A stretch of 64,000 nt of DNA from an uncultured cyanobacterium (lineage in GTDB: Bacteria; Cyanobacteriota; Cyanobacteriia; Cyanobacteriales; Nostocaceae). The notes beneath the pieces were generated by a model. It did not search any database. It saw only the letters and a list, made by a program, of their open reading frames with translations, and was not told the origin of the DNA. The translations under genes were made by a program, and so were the position numbers. This document shows, one piece after another, positions 34,473-44,671 of the stretch. The stretch is taken from NCBI GenBank assembly GCA_963740315.1, contig CAVUDP010000002.1:992001-1056000 (forward strand), written 5' to 3'. Position 1 is the stretch's first letter; each line of letters begins with the position of its first letter.

Positions 34473-35257
34473 TTATTCTCCCACCCCAAACTAGTAGGCT
34501 GCTGATAAATCTTCTTTAAAGTATTCACATCTCTAGAAGATACCATCGGTGGGTTGCTAACTTGAGAAAAGTATAGAGCATCACCTTTATCTTTACTGTG
34601 TCCCCAAATCCCTAAAGCATGACCCAATTCGTGGCGAGCGGCTGCTAGAAGGTATTTACCTGTTTGACTGGGACTTAATAATATTGTAAATCGATGGTAT
34701 AAAATATTGTCTTTTGTATAGATTTTGTAGCGAGTTTCCGCAGAACGAGCGCGGGGGAATTTATTTCCAGGAGTAAACTTTAACGGTGGAGATTTCCGCA
34801 CAATGGTAATATCTGCCGCTTCTGGGTTTTCAACTATTTTTAAAGGTAAATAATTATTCCACTCTTCTACTGTTTGTGAGACACTATCAATCCATTGTTG
34901 CGACTGTTGGCTGTTTCCCCGTGGCGTTTCTAAGTAAACTTTAACTGGAAATTGCGACCAAATTAAATAACCATATTTAGTCGGTTTAATTTCATCGAAA
35001 TAATCACCGCTATTACCATCGTGTTGCGATCGCGCTAGGGTTGATGGTAGAGGATGAGGTTTTTGTGGTGGGATTTGAGAGATGAACTTTTTAGATGAGT
35101 ATAGCGGTACTTTTGTCAAATGAATATTTGTAAACACAGCAAAAGACTGCACGTTAGTTAAAATAACGAGCAGTGTTGTGGCGATCGCTAACAATAAAGC
35201 TATTTTTATTTGTTTAATTAAGCTTTTTGGAATATTGATTTTACCGTGTTTGCTCAT
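34469..35257 (-). CDS. Matrixin-like zinc metallopeptidase
   Basis: HELGHALGIWGH motif; N-terminal signal or TM segment. Confidence 0.85.
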   Translation of the reverse strand: MSKHGKINIPKSLIKQIKIALLLAIATTLLVILTNVQSFAVFTNIHLTKVPLYSSKKFISQIPPQKPHPLPSTLARSQHDGNSGDYFDEIKPTKYGYLIWSQFPVKVYLETPRGNSQQSQQWIDSVSQTVEEWNNYLPLKIVENPEAADITIVRKSPPLKFTPGNKFPRARSAETRYKIYTKDNILYHRFTILLSPSQTGKYLLAAARHELGHALGIWGHSKDKGDALYFSQVSNPPMVSSRDVNTLKKIYQQPTSLGWENN

Positions 35258-35259
35258 CC

Positions 35260-35493
35260 CTAATTAGGAAGCCAACCCGCGCTTAAAACTACGGTTAAAC
35301 CGAGGAAAGTTACCGTCAGTGCCCAAGTAACCCGATTTAAGGTGTCTTCGGCGCTTTTTGTACTGCTAAATAATTGCGCTTGTCCGCCGATCGCTCCAAT
35401 TCCGTCTCCTTTGGGGCTGTGTAGCAATACTAAAATTATTAAACCAATGGCAGAAAACGACCAAATGGCTTGTACAACGTTTGAAAGGGTCAT
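35260..35493 (-). CDS. secG: Preprotein translocase subunit SecG
   Basis: VLLHSPKGDG and LNRVTW motifs. Confidence 0.93.
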   Translation of the reverse strand: MTLSNVVQAIWSFSAIGLIILVLLHSPKGDGIGAIGGQAQLFSSTKSAEDTLNRVTWALTVTFLGLTVVLSAGWLPN

Positions 35494-35891
35494 AAATTTA
35501 AGGGTTAGTGGTTAGTGGTTAGTTGTTAGTTGTTGGTTTACCTAGCGCTTTGTTACCGCAGCTACACAAGTAAAACCTGCCTTACTGCGGGTTAAAAATC
35601 AATTAAAGCTTGTATAGGAAGCGTTAACGTAGCCTGCCCGGAGGGCATACTATATTCGCCATCTACTTCTCTAACATTTTCTAACAACTGATAATTAAAC
35701 AGATTTTAACTCAATTTTTATACTAAAACTTGAATAAAAAGTCCTGCGTTAACGGTTAGGAGTTAGCAGCTATGCAATTTATTTACTTAGAAATGTTTAA
35801 TTTAGCCCGCGCAGGCGGGCTTTGTTTGGATGGTTCCTCACTCTTATAGAGTGAGGGCGATTAACCATTAACAACCAACAACTAAGCAAAT

Positions 35892-37499
35892 TTAATTATT
35901 TTGCATTACCAAGTTCATGGGAGTGCGAGGAACTTTCACTTCATACTCTGAGGCTTTAAACAGCGATCTACCAGTCATTTCTGGTGGCTGGGGAAGCTGT
36001 AAAATCTCCAGAATACTCGGAGCAATATCGGATAATTTGCCGTCACTTCGTAAGGTTACATCGGCAGCGTGTCCGGCAATTTTTACTTTCTCACCTTCTA
36101 CCACAATCAAAGGAACTGGATTGGTAGTATGAGCAGTCCAAGGATTTCCTGCCTCATCCCTCATATACTCGGCGTTACCATGATCGGCTGTAATTAATGC
36201 CGTACCCCCAGCTTTACTAATTCCTCCTAACAAGCGTCCCAAACATTTATCTACCTCTTCTAAAGCTTGAACGGTAGCTTCAATGTTTCCTGTATGCCCT
36301 ACCATGTCTGGATTGGCGTAATTAACTACTATTAAGGAATAAATACGCTTTTTAATAGCTGCTAAAACTACGTCGGTGACAGCTTGGGCTGACATAGACG
36401 GTGCTTCATCGTAGGTAGCTACCATTGGAGAGCTTATCAATTCCCGATCTTCTCCTTCAAGTGCATCTTCTAATCCGCCATTGAAGAAGTAAGTTACGTG
36501 AGCGTATTTTTCGGTTTCAGCGGTACGAAACTGCTTTAAACCATGTTGAGAAATTACTTCACCAAGAATATTATCTAGATTCTGGGGCTTAAATGCTACG
36601 TCTACAGATAAATCTTGTTCGTATTGCGTAAAAGTGAGAAAAGATAGCGGTTTTATTTGCTGTCTTTCAAAACCATCAAAATCTGGCTTAACAAAAACCT
36701 GAGTTAATTGTCTGGCTCTATCGGGACGGAAGTTGAAAAATATTACCCCGTCTCCGGCTTCTACGGCTCCGGGGGCTATTCTCATGGGAACGATAAATTC
36801 ATCTGTTACCCCTTCTGCATAAGATTCTTGCACCACTTCTACAGCACTAAGGCGATCGCATCTTACGTCTTGCGTCATGACATCGTAAGCGGCTTGGATG
36901 CGATCCCAACGTTTATCTCTATCCATTGCATAGTAGCGTCCGCTGACAGTTACAATGCGTCCAACTCCTATGCGGTCTATATAATCTTGAATAAGTTTAA
37001 TTGATTCTACAGCCTCACTGGGTCTAGTATCGCGTCCGTCAGTGATAGCATGGATGCAAACTTCTGAAATTCCCCGATCTTTAGCTAAATCTAATAAGCC
37101 GAATAGATGGCTTAAGTGAGAATGTACGCCGCCTTCAGAACATAATCCTACTAAATGTAGTTTGCTCTGAGTGTCTCGCACTTCTTGACAAATCTTAACT
37201 AATGCTGGGTTTTGTTTAATCGAACCGTCTTCTACAGCATCGGAAATTCGTACCAATTCTTGAGGTACAACTCGCCCAGCACCAATATTCAAATGTCCTA
37301 CTTCTGAGTTGCCCATCTGCCCTTCTGGCAAACCTACCGCTTTTCCAGAGGTATTTATCAACGTGTTTGGATAAGCCTTCATTAAGCTATCCATCACAGG
37401 TGTTGAAGAAGCGGCAATAGCATTTCCTTTAGTCTCCTCGCAGTAACCCCATCCATCTAATATTACTAGCACCACGGGAGAAACAGGTGCTTGTGTCAT
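35892..37499 (-). CDS. gpmI: 2,3-bisphosphoglycerate-independent phosphoglycerate mutase
   Basis: ILDGWG, GNSEVGH, NPDMVGHTG and TADHGN motifs. Start placed at ATG 37499. Confidence 0.97.
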   Translation of the reverse strand: MTQAPVSPVVLVILDGWGYCEETKGNAIAASSTPVMDSLMKAYPNTLINTSGKAVGLPEGQMGNSEVGHLNIGAGRVVPQELVRISDAVEDGSIKQNPALVKICQEVRDTQSKLHLVGLCSEGGVHSHLSHLFGLLDLAKDRGISEVCIHAITDGRDTRPSEAVESIKLIQDYIDRIGVGRIVTVSGRYYAMDRDKRWDRIQAAYDVMTQDVRCDRLSAVEVVQESYAEGVTDEFIVPMRIAPGAVEAGDGVIFFNFRPDRARQLTQVFVKPDFDGFERQQIKPLSFLTFTQYEQDLSVDVAFKPQNLDNILGEVISQHGLKQFRTAETEKYAHVTYFFNGGLEDALEGEDRELISSPMVATYDEAPSMSAQAVTDVVLAAIKKRIYSLIVVNYANPDMVGHTGNIEATVQALEEVDKCLGRLLGGISKAGGTALITADHGNAEYMRDEAGNPWTAHTTNPVPLIVVEGEKVKIAGHAADVTLRSDGKLSDIAPSILEILQLPQPPEMTGRSLFKASEYEVKVPRTPMNLVMQNN

Positions 37500-37742
37500 A
37501 ACAAAAATACCCTTTACTTTTCTTAATATCAGAATAATACCATTGACACTCACAATCGCAAGTGAATTTTTGCCTATTAAATTCTTTTATGAAATCTTTT
37601 TACTTTTCATATATATTTCTTAAAATAATCTTGGGTTACTACATTTTTGTAACAACAGGTGATTGACATTTTAAATGCGAATAGAACGGCAATTCTCGAT
37701 CAAAATTTATTACCTAATTACCGTCCTACCAACCATCATAAA

Positions 37743-39440
37743 TTATTTACGCTTGGCTGCTGCTTTCTTTTGTTTCTCAGCTTTTTTAGCGGCTTTTTCT
37801 GCTTCAATTGCAGCTAACTTTGCTTGTTCTTTTTCTTCAGCAATTTTATCTAAATAGTAGTGATAATCTCCTAGATAAACTCGGAATTCACCATCGCGAA
37901 TTTCAACTATTTTATTAGCTACTTTGGAGATAAAATATCTATCGTGAGAAACTACAATTACGGTACCGTCATAGTTTTGTAAAGCTTCTTCAAGCATTTC
38001 TTTAGCTGGAATATCTAAGTGGTTTGTCGGCTCATCTAAAATAAGTAAATTCGCCTGACGTAATAACATTTTGGCTAATGCTAAACGTGCTTTTTCTCCA
38101 CCACTCAAAGCGGCAACGTTTTTGAATACTGTATCGCCACTAAATAAAAACTGTCCCAACAAAGTGCGTACTTGTTCGTTTTTCCAGTCGGGAACATCAT
38201 CATGGATAGTTTCCATGACAGTTTTAGTTAAATCCAAAGCTTCGGCTTGGTTTTGTTCAAAGTAATTAGGGATAACGTTGTGTTCGCCTAATTTAACCTC
38301 ACCTTCTGTAGGTTTTTCCATACCTGTAATTAGGCGTAGCAAAGTCGATTTACCCGCACCATTAGGACCTAAGAAAGCAATCCTATCGCCTCTTTCAATT
38401 AATAAATTCGCCGCCAAAAATAAGATTTTATCGTCATAAACATGAGTCAAATCTTTCATTTCCACTACTTCACGCCCGCTGCGGGGTGCTGGGGGAAATT
38501 GAAATCTTAAGGTTCTAACAGATCCAATGGGTGCTTCAACTCGTTCGATTTTATCAAGCTGTTTTTCCCGGCTTTTTGCTTGGGTACTGCGAGTAGCACT
38601 AGCGCGGAATTTCTCTACAAAGGCTTGTTGTTTATCTAATTCTTTCTGCTGACGCTCGAATGCGCTTAATTGTGCTGATTGTGCTTCAGCTTTTTGCTGT
38701 AGGTATACAGAATAATTACCAAGATAAGTTGTAGAAACACCGCGTTCGGTTTCAACAATTTGAGTACAGAGTCTATCAAGAAATTCTCGGTCGTGAGAAA
38801 CTATTACCATTGGAGTAGTTAAACCTTTGAGGTAATTTTCCAACCATTCAATAGTTTCTAAATCGAGGTGGTTTGTAGGTTCGTCCAACAGCAGTAAATC
38901 GGGTTTTTGCAGCAGGATTTTACCTAAACCCATCCGCATCTGCCAACCACCACTAAAAGAACTTACCAGGCGATCGCCATCTTCTTGCTCGAATCCCATT
39001 TCTGGTAAAATTTTGCCGATACGCGCTTCTAAGCCGTAACCGTCTAAGGCTTCAAACTGCCTTTGTAATTTATCTAATTTATTAATTAATTTATCGAGTT
39101 CGTCTGGTGAGGCGGTTTCCATATCTCGCGGCACAGTCGCCAATGCTAACTGTACCGCGTTGGCTTCTTCAAATACCGTCCAAAATTCTTCGCTGACGGT
39201 ACGAGTCGGTTCAACTTCAAATTCTTGGTTAAGATGAGCTATATGTAAGCTGTTGGGACGAATTATTTCGCCGGATGTCGGTTCCATTTCCCCAATGATA
39301 ATTTTCAACTGGGTGGACTTTCCCGCACCATTCACACCAACTAAACCAATGCGATCGCCAACTTTAACTTCCCAGTTGACATCCTTGAGAACTTCGCCAG
39401 TGGGATAAATTTTACTGATATGTTCTAGTCGTAGCATCAA
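37743..39440 (-). CDS. ABC-F family ATP-binding protein
   Basis: Two ABC domains (GVNGAGKS, GPNGAGKS, DEPTNHLD) and no TM segments. Confidence 0.93.
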   Translation of the reverse strand: MMLRLEHISKIYPTGEVLKDVNWEVKVGDRIGLVGVNGAGKSTQLKIIIGEMEPTSGEIIRPNSLHIAHLNQEFEVEPTRTVSEEFWTVFEEANAVQLALATVPRDMETASPDELDKLINKLDKLQRQFEALDGYGLEARIGKILPEMGFEQEDGDRLVSSFSGGWQMRMGLGKILLQKPDLLLLDEPTNHLDLETIEWLENYLKGLTTPMVIVSHDREFLDRLCTQIVETERGVSTTYLGNYSVYLQQKAEAQSAQLSAFERQQKELDKQQAFVEKFRASATRSTQAKSREKQLDKIERVEAPIGSVRTLRFQFPPAPRSGREVVEMKDLTHVYDDKILFLAANLLIERGDRIAFLGPNGAGKSTLLRLITGMEKPTEGEVKLGEHNVIPNYFEQNQAEALDLTKTVMETIHDDVPDWKNEQVRTLLGQFLFSGDTVFKNVAALSGGEKARLALAKMLLRQANLLILDEPTNHLDIPAKEMLEEALQNYDGTVIVVSHDRYFISKVANKIVEIRDGEFRVYLGDYHYYLDKIAEEKEQAKLAAIEAEKAAKKAEKQKKAAAKRK

Positions 39441-39574
39441 GAATCTCCAGGTAAGGGATGGTAACAGTAAGGGAACGCGCTTTCTATTGTGTCCAATCTT
39501 AACAAAATTTAACTACATTTTTCGTGTTGAAATTGTTGTATTCAGAAGAAATTTTGGTTTTATCGCAGCGAAAG

Positions 39575-39600
39575 GAGACGTTGCACTGCAACGTCTCTAC
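39575..39600 (-). repeat. GTAG REP-like palindrome (variant)
   Basis: GAGACGTTGCACTGCAACGTCTCTAC. Confidence 0.8.
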
Positions 39601-39629
39601 ATTAGATATTATGTTTGATTAAATCGAAT

Positions 39630-40319
39630 TCAACTAGCTTTCGCTTCGCTCCCCTTAGATTCAACCGCAGCTGCTAATCTATCCACACCAGCTTGAACTA
39701 TTTGAGCCACATCAGTTAAAGGCATTTTATTTAATTGTCGAAGAATTACTGCTAAATCTGAAGGTTCTGAAGGTTCTGATGCAGGCTTTATTCCTAAATC
39801 ACCAAACAATTCTTCTATGGAATATTCTGCCCTTTGAGCAATTTTCGCTAAATTTTGAATGTCTGGAATAGAAACGCCTCTTTCCCATGCTTGTACGGTG
39901 GTGTAGGAAACACCTAAAAATTTCGCAAACGCTCTTTGACTCATTGAGCCACGAGCTTGTCTAGTAATTTTACTCAATTTATCTACATAAGGCTTATCTA
40001 ATTTAGTTTTCGACTGTTTAATTAATGTGTGATTTAAGCAGGGTAAAAAATGCTTAATCATCGCTTCTTCGATTTGAGGAAGCAAGGATTCATCGTTGCA
40101 ACTTAGCCATGCAATACGAACGTTTCCTATTTCTTTTAATTCCAAATATCTATGATGTCCAAGCCATTTATTGGCTATATTTATTGAACGCCCAATATAA
40201 AGAATTTCTCCACTTTTTGCAATTGCAAAGTAAATTGCTGATACTTGAGGTAGTTTATGCTTTTCTAAAAGAGGAACTGAAGGTAAATCTAAAGGATTAA
40301 TAGCTAAAAAGTGATCCAT
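39630..40319 (-). CDS. GIY-YIG domain fused to an XRE-family HTH regulator
   Basis: AIYF...LYIGRS...HH...IEE...PCLN (GIY-YIG), then SQRAFAKFLGVSYTTVQAWERG (HTH). Confidence 0.8.
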   Translation of the reverse strand: MDHFLAINPLDLPSVPLLEKHKLPQVSAIYFAIAKSGEILYIGRSINIANKWLGHHRYLELKEIGNVRIAWLSCNDESLLPQIEEAMIKHFLPCLNHTLIKQSKTKLDKPYVDKLSKITRQARGSMSQRAFAKFLGVSYTTVQAWERGVSIPDIQNLAKIAQRAEYSIEELFGDLGIKPASEPSEPSDLAVILRQLNKMPLTDVAQIVQAGVDRLAAAVESKGSEAKAS

Positions 40320-40428
40320 TAAACTTTCAGGACTATAAAAATTAATTTTTTAAAATATTATCATTTTCCTAAAAAATAATCGATTGACCTTGAAAACAAA
40401 AATCATTAATACAAGCAATAGTATTTCT

Positions 40429-40791
40429 CTAACTTGCTTTTGCTTCATTCGCTGTAGACTCAGCAGCAGCAGCTAATCTATCCATAATGGCTTTACCGAC
40501 AATTGCTGCTTGAGACAATGGCATATTACTAACTTGCTTCAAAACTACACTCAATTCAGAAGCTTCAGGTATACGTTTTCCTTCTAGATGAGAAAATAAT
40601 TCTTCAAAAGTATAACCAGCACGAGCAGCGATTGAAGCCAAATTAGCGGTGTCTGGAACTTTTTCTCCTTTCTCCCAGGATAGGACAGATGTTGCAGAAA
40701 CTCCTAGTTCTTTACCAAAAGCCCGTAGGCTCATCTCGCCGCGAGCTAGCTTAATTACTTCTATTAGTTTTTGTCTAGCTTGTGTATCCAC
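40429..40791 (-). CDS. XRE-family HTH transcriptional regulator
   Basis: SLRAFGKELGVSATSVLSWEKG. Confidence 0.88.
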   Translation of the reverse strand: MDTQARQKLIEVIKLARGEMSLRAFGKELGVSATSVLSWEKGEKVPDTANLASIAARAGYTFEELFSHLEGKRIPEASELSVVLKQVSNMPLSQAAIVGKAIMDRLAAAAESTANEAKAS

Positions 40792-40860
40792 GTTTGAAGA
40801 GTTTAACTTAACTATAAAAATTGAAAACTTTCGTTTCTATATTACAAGTTTAATTTTTTA

Positions 40861-40889
40861 TTGACAGCTTTGTCTGTGAGGTGTATTGT
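40861..40889 (+). promoter_or_regulatory. Putative sigma70 promoter divergent from the HTH gene
   Basis: TTGACA (40861-40866), 17 nt, TATTGT (40884-40889). Confidence 0.55.
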
Positions 40890-41014
40890 TAATCTTAGCT
40901 AACTAAAGTCAATGTAAGGGGACAGAATAGTTGCTCTTTTAATTCAGTATTAAGTTACATCATGACTAAAAGGGATTTTCCAATTAGCGTAATGCCACTA
41001 ATAACAATAAAAAC

Positions 41015-41377
41015 TTAACTCGCTTTTGCCTCGTCACTCACTGATTGAGTGGAAGCAGCAAATCGAGCAGCACCGGCTTGCACTATCTGAGCCACTTCAG
41101 ACAAAGGCATATTATTGATTTGTCTGAGAATCACATTTAAGTCAGAAGCTTCTGGAACTGGTTTTCCTTCCAGACAACATAATAATTCTTCAAGAGTGTA
41201 GCCAGCATGAGCGGCGATTTGAGCCAAGTTTTCCGTGTCTGGAGTTTTAGCTCCTTTCTCCCACATTTGAACGGCTGTTGCGGAAACTCCCAACTTCTTT
41301 CCGAAAGCACGCTGACTTAACGAACCGCGAGCTAATTTTATTATTTCTATAAGTTTTTGTCTGCTTTTTGTATCCAC
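41015..41377 (-). CDS. XRE-family HTH transcriptional regulator
   Basis: SQRAFGKKLGVSATAVQMWEKG. Confidence 0.88.
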   Translation of the reverse strand: MDTKSRQKLIEIIKLARGSLSQRAFGKKLGVSATAVQMWEKGAKTPDTENLAQIAAHAGYTLEELLCCLEGKPVPEASDLNVILRQINNMPLSEVAQIVQAGAARFAASTQSVSDEAKAS

Positions 41378-41603
41378 GTTTAAAGGCGATCGCTAATTAA
41401 CTATAAAAATCAAACAATGACTGTTTCCATGTTACAAGTTTAATTTTTCTGTTGACAGCTTTATCCGTTTCATGCAACTATAGTTTTATCGACAAAACTG
41501 GAGTTACAGCTGAAATGGTTGCTCTTTTCATCTACTAAATTTTTCAGAATCCATAGAATCTACTAATTCATCGGTTATTTCTGCGAATCAAACGGGTTGC
41601 ATC

Positions 41604-42098
41604 ATGTTAAATCAAAAATTAAAAAAGAATCGATACCGCCCAAAAGGGAAAAATTTAATTACGTCTAATAGAATTAAACCAGATTTATGGCGCATTTCGC
41701 CAACTGAAGCAAAAGTTGCTTTGAGAGCCACTGGTTTAGATGTCAAAGAAATTAAAAAAATTACTTTACTCAAATATAAGGTTTGTATTTCCTATTGGAA
41801 CGAAGAAGGTGGGGTTTGTAGTGGATTTTTCAGCTACCGCATTTTCCCAACTTGGCAAAGGGAAGTAGAAAAACTAATTGAAAACAGCCCTAATTTTAAA
41901 AAACTGCAATTGTTGAATCACATCATAGAGCGGGAATTTAAGTGTTATCCTTATCCTGTAGAGATGGAAGACGCAATTTATAACGCATTACAAAACCGCC
42001 TATGTGTATTAAAAGCAACAGCACAACAGACGGTTTCGGATGATGTAGGAATGGCTAGTGAATGGGAATATTTCAAACCTTTTGTATCCAGTTCCTAA
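41604..42098 (+). CDS. Hypothetical protein divergent from the XRE cluster
   Basis: 164-aa ORF with no recognised domain. Confidence 0.7.
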   Translation: MLNQKLKKNRYRPKGKNLITSNRIKPDLWRISPTEAKVALRATGLDVKEIKKITLLKYKVCISYWNEEGGVCSGFFSYRIFPTWQREVEKLIENSPNFKKLQLLNHIIEREFKCYPYPVEMEDAIYNALQNRLCVLKATAQQTVSDDVGMASEWEYFKPFVSSS

Positions 42099-42119
42099 CT
42101 CTTTAACTTTCTATCAATA

Positions 42120-43217
42120 TTAATTTGTCACTGAAGCAGCAAGTTCCGCTAAACGTTCTTGTTGATCTTGAGATATACAAGATTGAATAATTGGGTCTAG
42201 ATCGCCTTCTAAAACCGGGCTTAGTGAATAGTTTTCACCAAGACGGTGGTCGGTGGCGCGACTGTCTTTGTAGTTGTAGGTGCGAATTTTCTCCGAACGC
42301 GATCCCGTACCTACTTGCGATCGCCTTAAATCGGTAACTTCTTCCTGTTGTTCGCGCAGTTTCATTTCATACAGTTTGGCACGGAGAATCTGTAAAGCCC
42401 GTTCTTTGTTTTGCAACTGGCTGCGTTCTTCGGTACAGAAAATTCTGATACCCGTAGGTTTGTGGTAAAGGTCTGCTGCTGTCTCAACTTTGTTAACGTT
42501 TTGTCCGCCAGCACCACCAGAACGAGCGGTGGACATTTCGTAATCTTTGGGGTCAATATGGATTTCCACATCATCCACTTCTGGCATTACTGCTACTGTA
42601 GCGGTGGAAGTGTGAACTCGCCCCCCAGACTCGGTTAAGGGTACGCGCTGCACCCGGTGAACTCCGGCTTCAAATTTGAGTTTACTGTAAACGCTATCGC
42701 CTTTAATTTCCAGAACTGCTTCTTTGAAACCGCCCATTTCAGCTAAGGACTCGCTAAGTAATTTTATTTTCCAGCCCTGAGTACTGGAATAGCGTTCATA
42801 CATACGTACCAAATCGCCAGCCCAGATGCTCGCTTCATCGCCACCCGTACCGGCACGAATTTCCAACATGATATTTTTATCATCGTTGGGATCGCGGGGT
42901 AAGAGCAATACTTTTAAGCGACTTTCGAGTTCTTCTGCTTTCTGTTCGAGTTCTTTAACTTCCAAAGCTGCCATTTCGTGCATCTCTGGGTCGCTTTGGG
43001 ATTCTTTGGCAACTTCACGAGCCCCAATTAATTCGGACTGGGTGTTTTTCCAAATTTCGTAGGTATTTACGACTTCTTCTAATCCAGAACGCGCCTTAGC
43101 AACTTCCTGGTACTCATCCGGGTTACTGGCGATATCTGGGTCGGCTAAGCGACGAGTCAATTCGTGAAATGTTTGTTCAACGGATTGTAGTTTCTCTAAC
43201 AAATATTGTTCAGCCAT
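42120..43217 (-). CDS. prfA: Peptide chain release factor 1
   Basis: GGQ motif and PLT (PxT) specificity motif. Confidence 0.97.
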   Translation of the reverse strand: MAEQYLLEKLQSVEQTFHELTRRLADPDIASNPDEYQEVAKARSGLEEVVNTYEIWKNTQSELIGAREVAKESQSDPEMHEMAALEVKELEQKAEELESRLKVLLLPRDPNDDKNIMLEIRAGTGGDEASIWAGDLVRMYERYSSTQGWKIKLLSESLAEMGGFKEAVLEIKGDSVYSKLKFEAGVHRVQRVPLTESGGRVHTSTATVAVMPEVDDVEIHIDPKDYEMSTARSGGAGGQNVNKVETAADLYHKPTGIRIFCTEERSQLQNKERALQILRAKLYEMKLREQQEEVTDLRRSQVGTGSRSEKIRTYNYKDSRATDHRLGENYSLSPVLEGDLDPIIQSCISQDQQERLAELAASVTN

Positions 43218-43313
43218 GACGGTGCAACGCTCCTAAAAAAATAGTTCTACAGGCAAAGACGAAAAAATCGACTCAGTAAAGCTGAGTCGTTCGATTGGAG
43301 TATTGCCTATAAG

Positions 43314-43616
43314 CTATTTCTGTTCTTCGTCGCCTTTATTTTCGTCGCTTTTATTTTCGTCGGCTTTATTTTCTTCAGCTTTATTTTCGTCGGCTTTCTT
43401 AGTTTGACTGCTAGACATACCGTATTTACGCAGGAAGCGTTCTACGCGACCTTCGGTATCAATAATCTTCTGAGTACCTGTATAAAAGGGGTGATTTCCA
43501 GACCAAACATCGACGTGTAATTCGGGTTTAGTGGAGCCAACGGTCATTACAACTTGACCGTTACAGTAAACTTTGGCTTCTGGATACCACTCTGGATGAA
43601 TTTCTGGTTTTGCCAT
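43314..43616 (-). CDS. rpmE: 50S ribosomal protein L31 with repetitive C-terminal tail
   Basis: MAKPEIHP...HPFYTG...GRVERF. Start placed at ATG 43616. Confidence 0.95.
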   Translation of the reverse strand: MAKPEIHPEWYPEAKVYCNGQVVMTVGSTKPELHVDVWSGNHPFYTGTQKIIDTEGRVERFLRKYGMSSSQTKKADENKAEENKADENKSDENKGDEEQK

Positions 43617-43701
43617 TTTTCGTACTGAATGGTGAGTGTATATCAATTATGACCTATCCAACTTCAATTTTTAAAATATAGAGTTGGCAAAGGTTCATAT
43701 A

Positions 43702-44130
43702 TTAACGTTTGGAGTACTGAGGTGCTTTACGAGCTTTATGCAAACCGTACTTTTTACGTTCTTTGGCTCTGGGATCGCGAGTCAGATAACCTTCGCTTTT
43801 TAGGGGCGATCGATTATCTGGGTCGAGTTGACACAAAGCGCGGGCTACTCCCAAACGCACTGCATCCGACTGTCCTGTTAAACCGCCACCGTTGGCTTTA
43901 ACTAAAATATCGTATTCGTTTTCCAATCCCAATGTTTCTAAAGGCGCTTTAATTCCTCCAATATAGTTGGGGTTGAATTGGAAATACAAATCGCCTTCTT
44001 TACCGTTGACGGTCATTTTTCCATTACCTGGAACCAGGCGTACTCTTGCGACTGAGGACTTGCGACGACCAGTTCCCCAATATACGGCACGACCGCTATC
44101 GGTATCTGTTGCTTGATCTGTTGCTTGCAT
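43702..44130 (-). CDS. rpsI: 30S ribosomal protein S9
   Basis: GTGRRK and PQYSKR. Confidence 0.97.
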   Translation of the reverse strand: MQATDQATDTDSGRAVYWGTGRRKSSVARVRLVPGNGKMTVNGKEGDLYFQFNPNYIGGIKAPLETLGLENEYDILVKANGGGLTGQSDAVRLGVARALCQLDPDNRSPLKSEGYLTRDPRAKERKKYGLHKARKAPQYSKR

Positions 44131-44585
44131 TAATTTTGTTCTCCTGGAATTGTGTTGATTTTTAGTTCTTGGGGCTGTTGAGCGGAATGAGGATGAACCG
44201 AACCCGCATAAACTTTGAGCTTCTTGAATAACTGTCGCCCTAAAACGTTTTTAGGCAACATACCTTTAACAGCTTTTTCAATAATACGTTCTGGCAAACG
44301 TGCTTGTAAGTGTTCAAAGGTTTCTGTTTTCATCCCGCCGGGACGACCGGAGTGACGACGATAAAGTTTCTGGGAACTCTTTTTACCAGTTACTACAACT
44401 TTTTCAGCATTAACGACAACCACAAAGTCGCCTGCATCCATATGAGGAGTAAATTGTGGTTTATTTTTGCCACGTAAAATCATGGCAATTTCAGTAGCTA
44501 AACGACCGAGGCGTTGGTCGGCAGCATCTACTACATACCAATCTCTCTCTACGGTTTCCTGTTTGGGAAGATATGTTTTGTTCAT
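44130..44585 (-). CDS. rplM: 50S ribosomal protein L13
   Basis: WYVVDA...LGRLA...GMLPK. Confidence 0.97.
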   Translation of the reverse strand: MNKTYLPKQETVERDWYVVDAADQRLGRLATEIAMILRGKNKPQFTPHMDAGDFVVVVNAEKVVVTGKKSSQKLYRRHSGRPGGMKTETFEHLQARLPERIIEKAVKGMLPKNVLGRQLFKKLKVYAGSVHPHSAQQPQELKINTIPGEQN

Positions 44586-44671
44586 TTCGGTTTTACTTGT
44601 TAATTTTCGTTTCTCATAATTTAATATACTTTTTTAACCAGTGATTTTACCTATATTTTTATCTAAATTAG

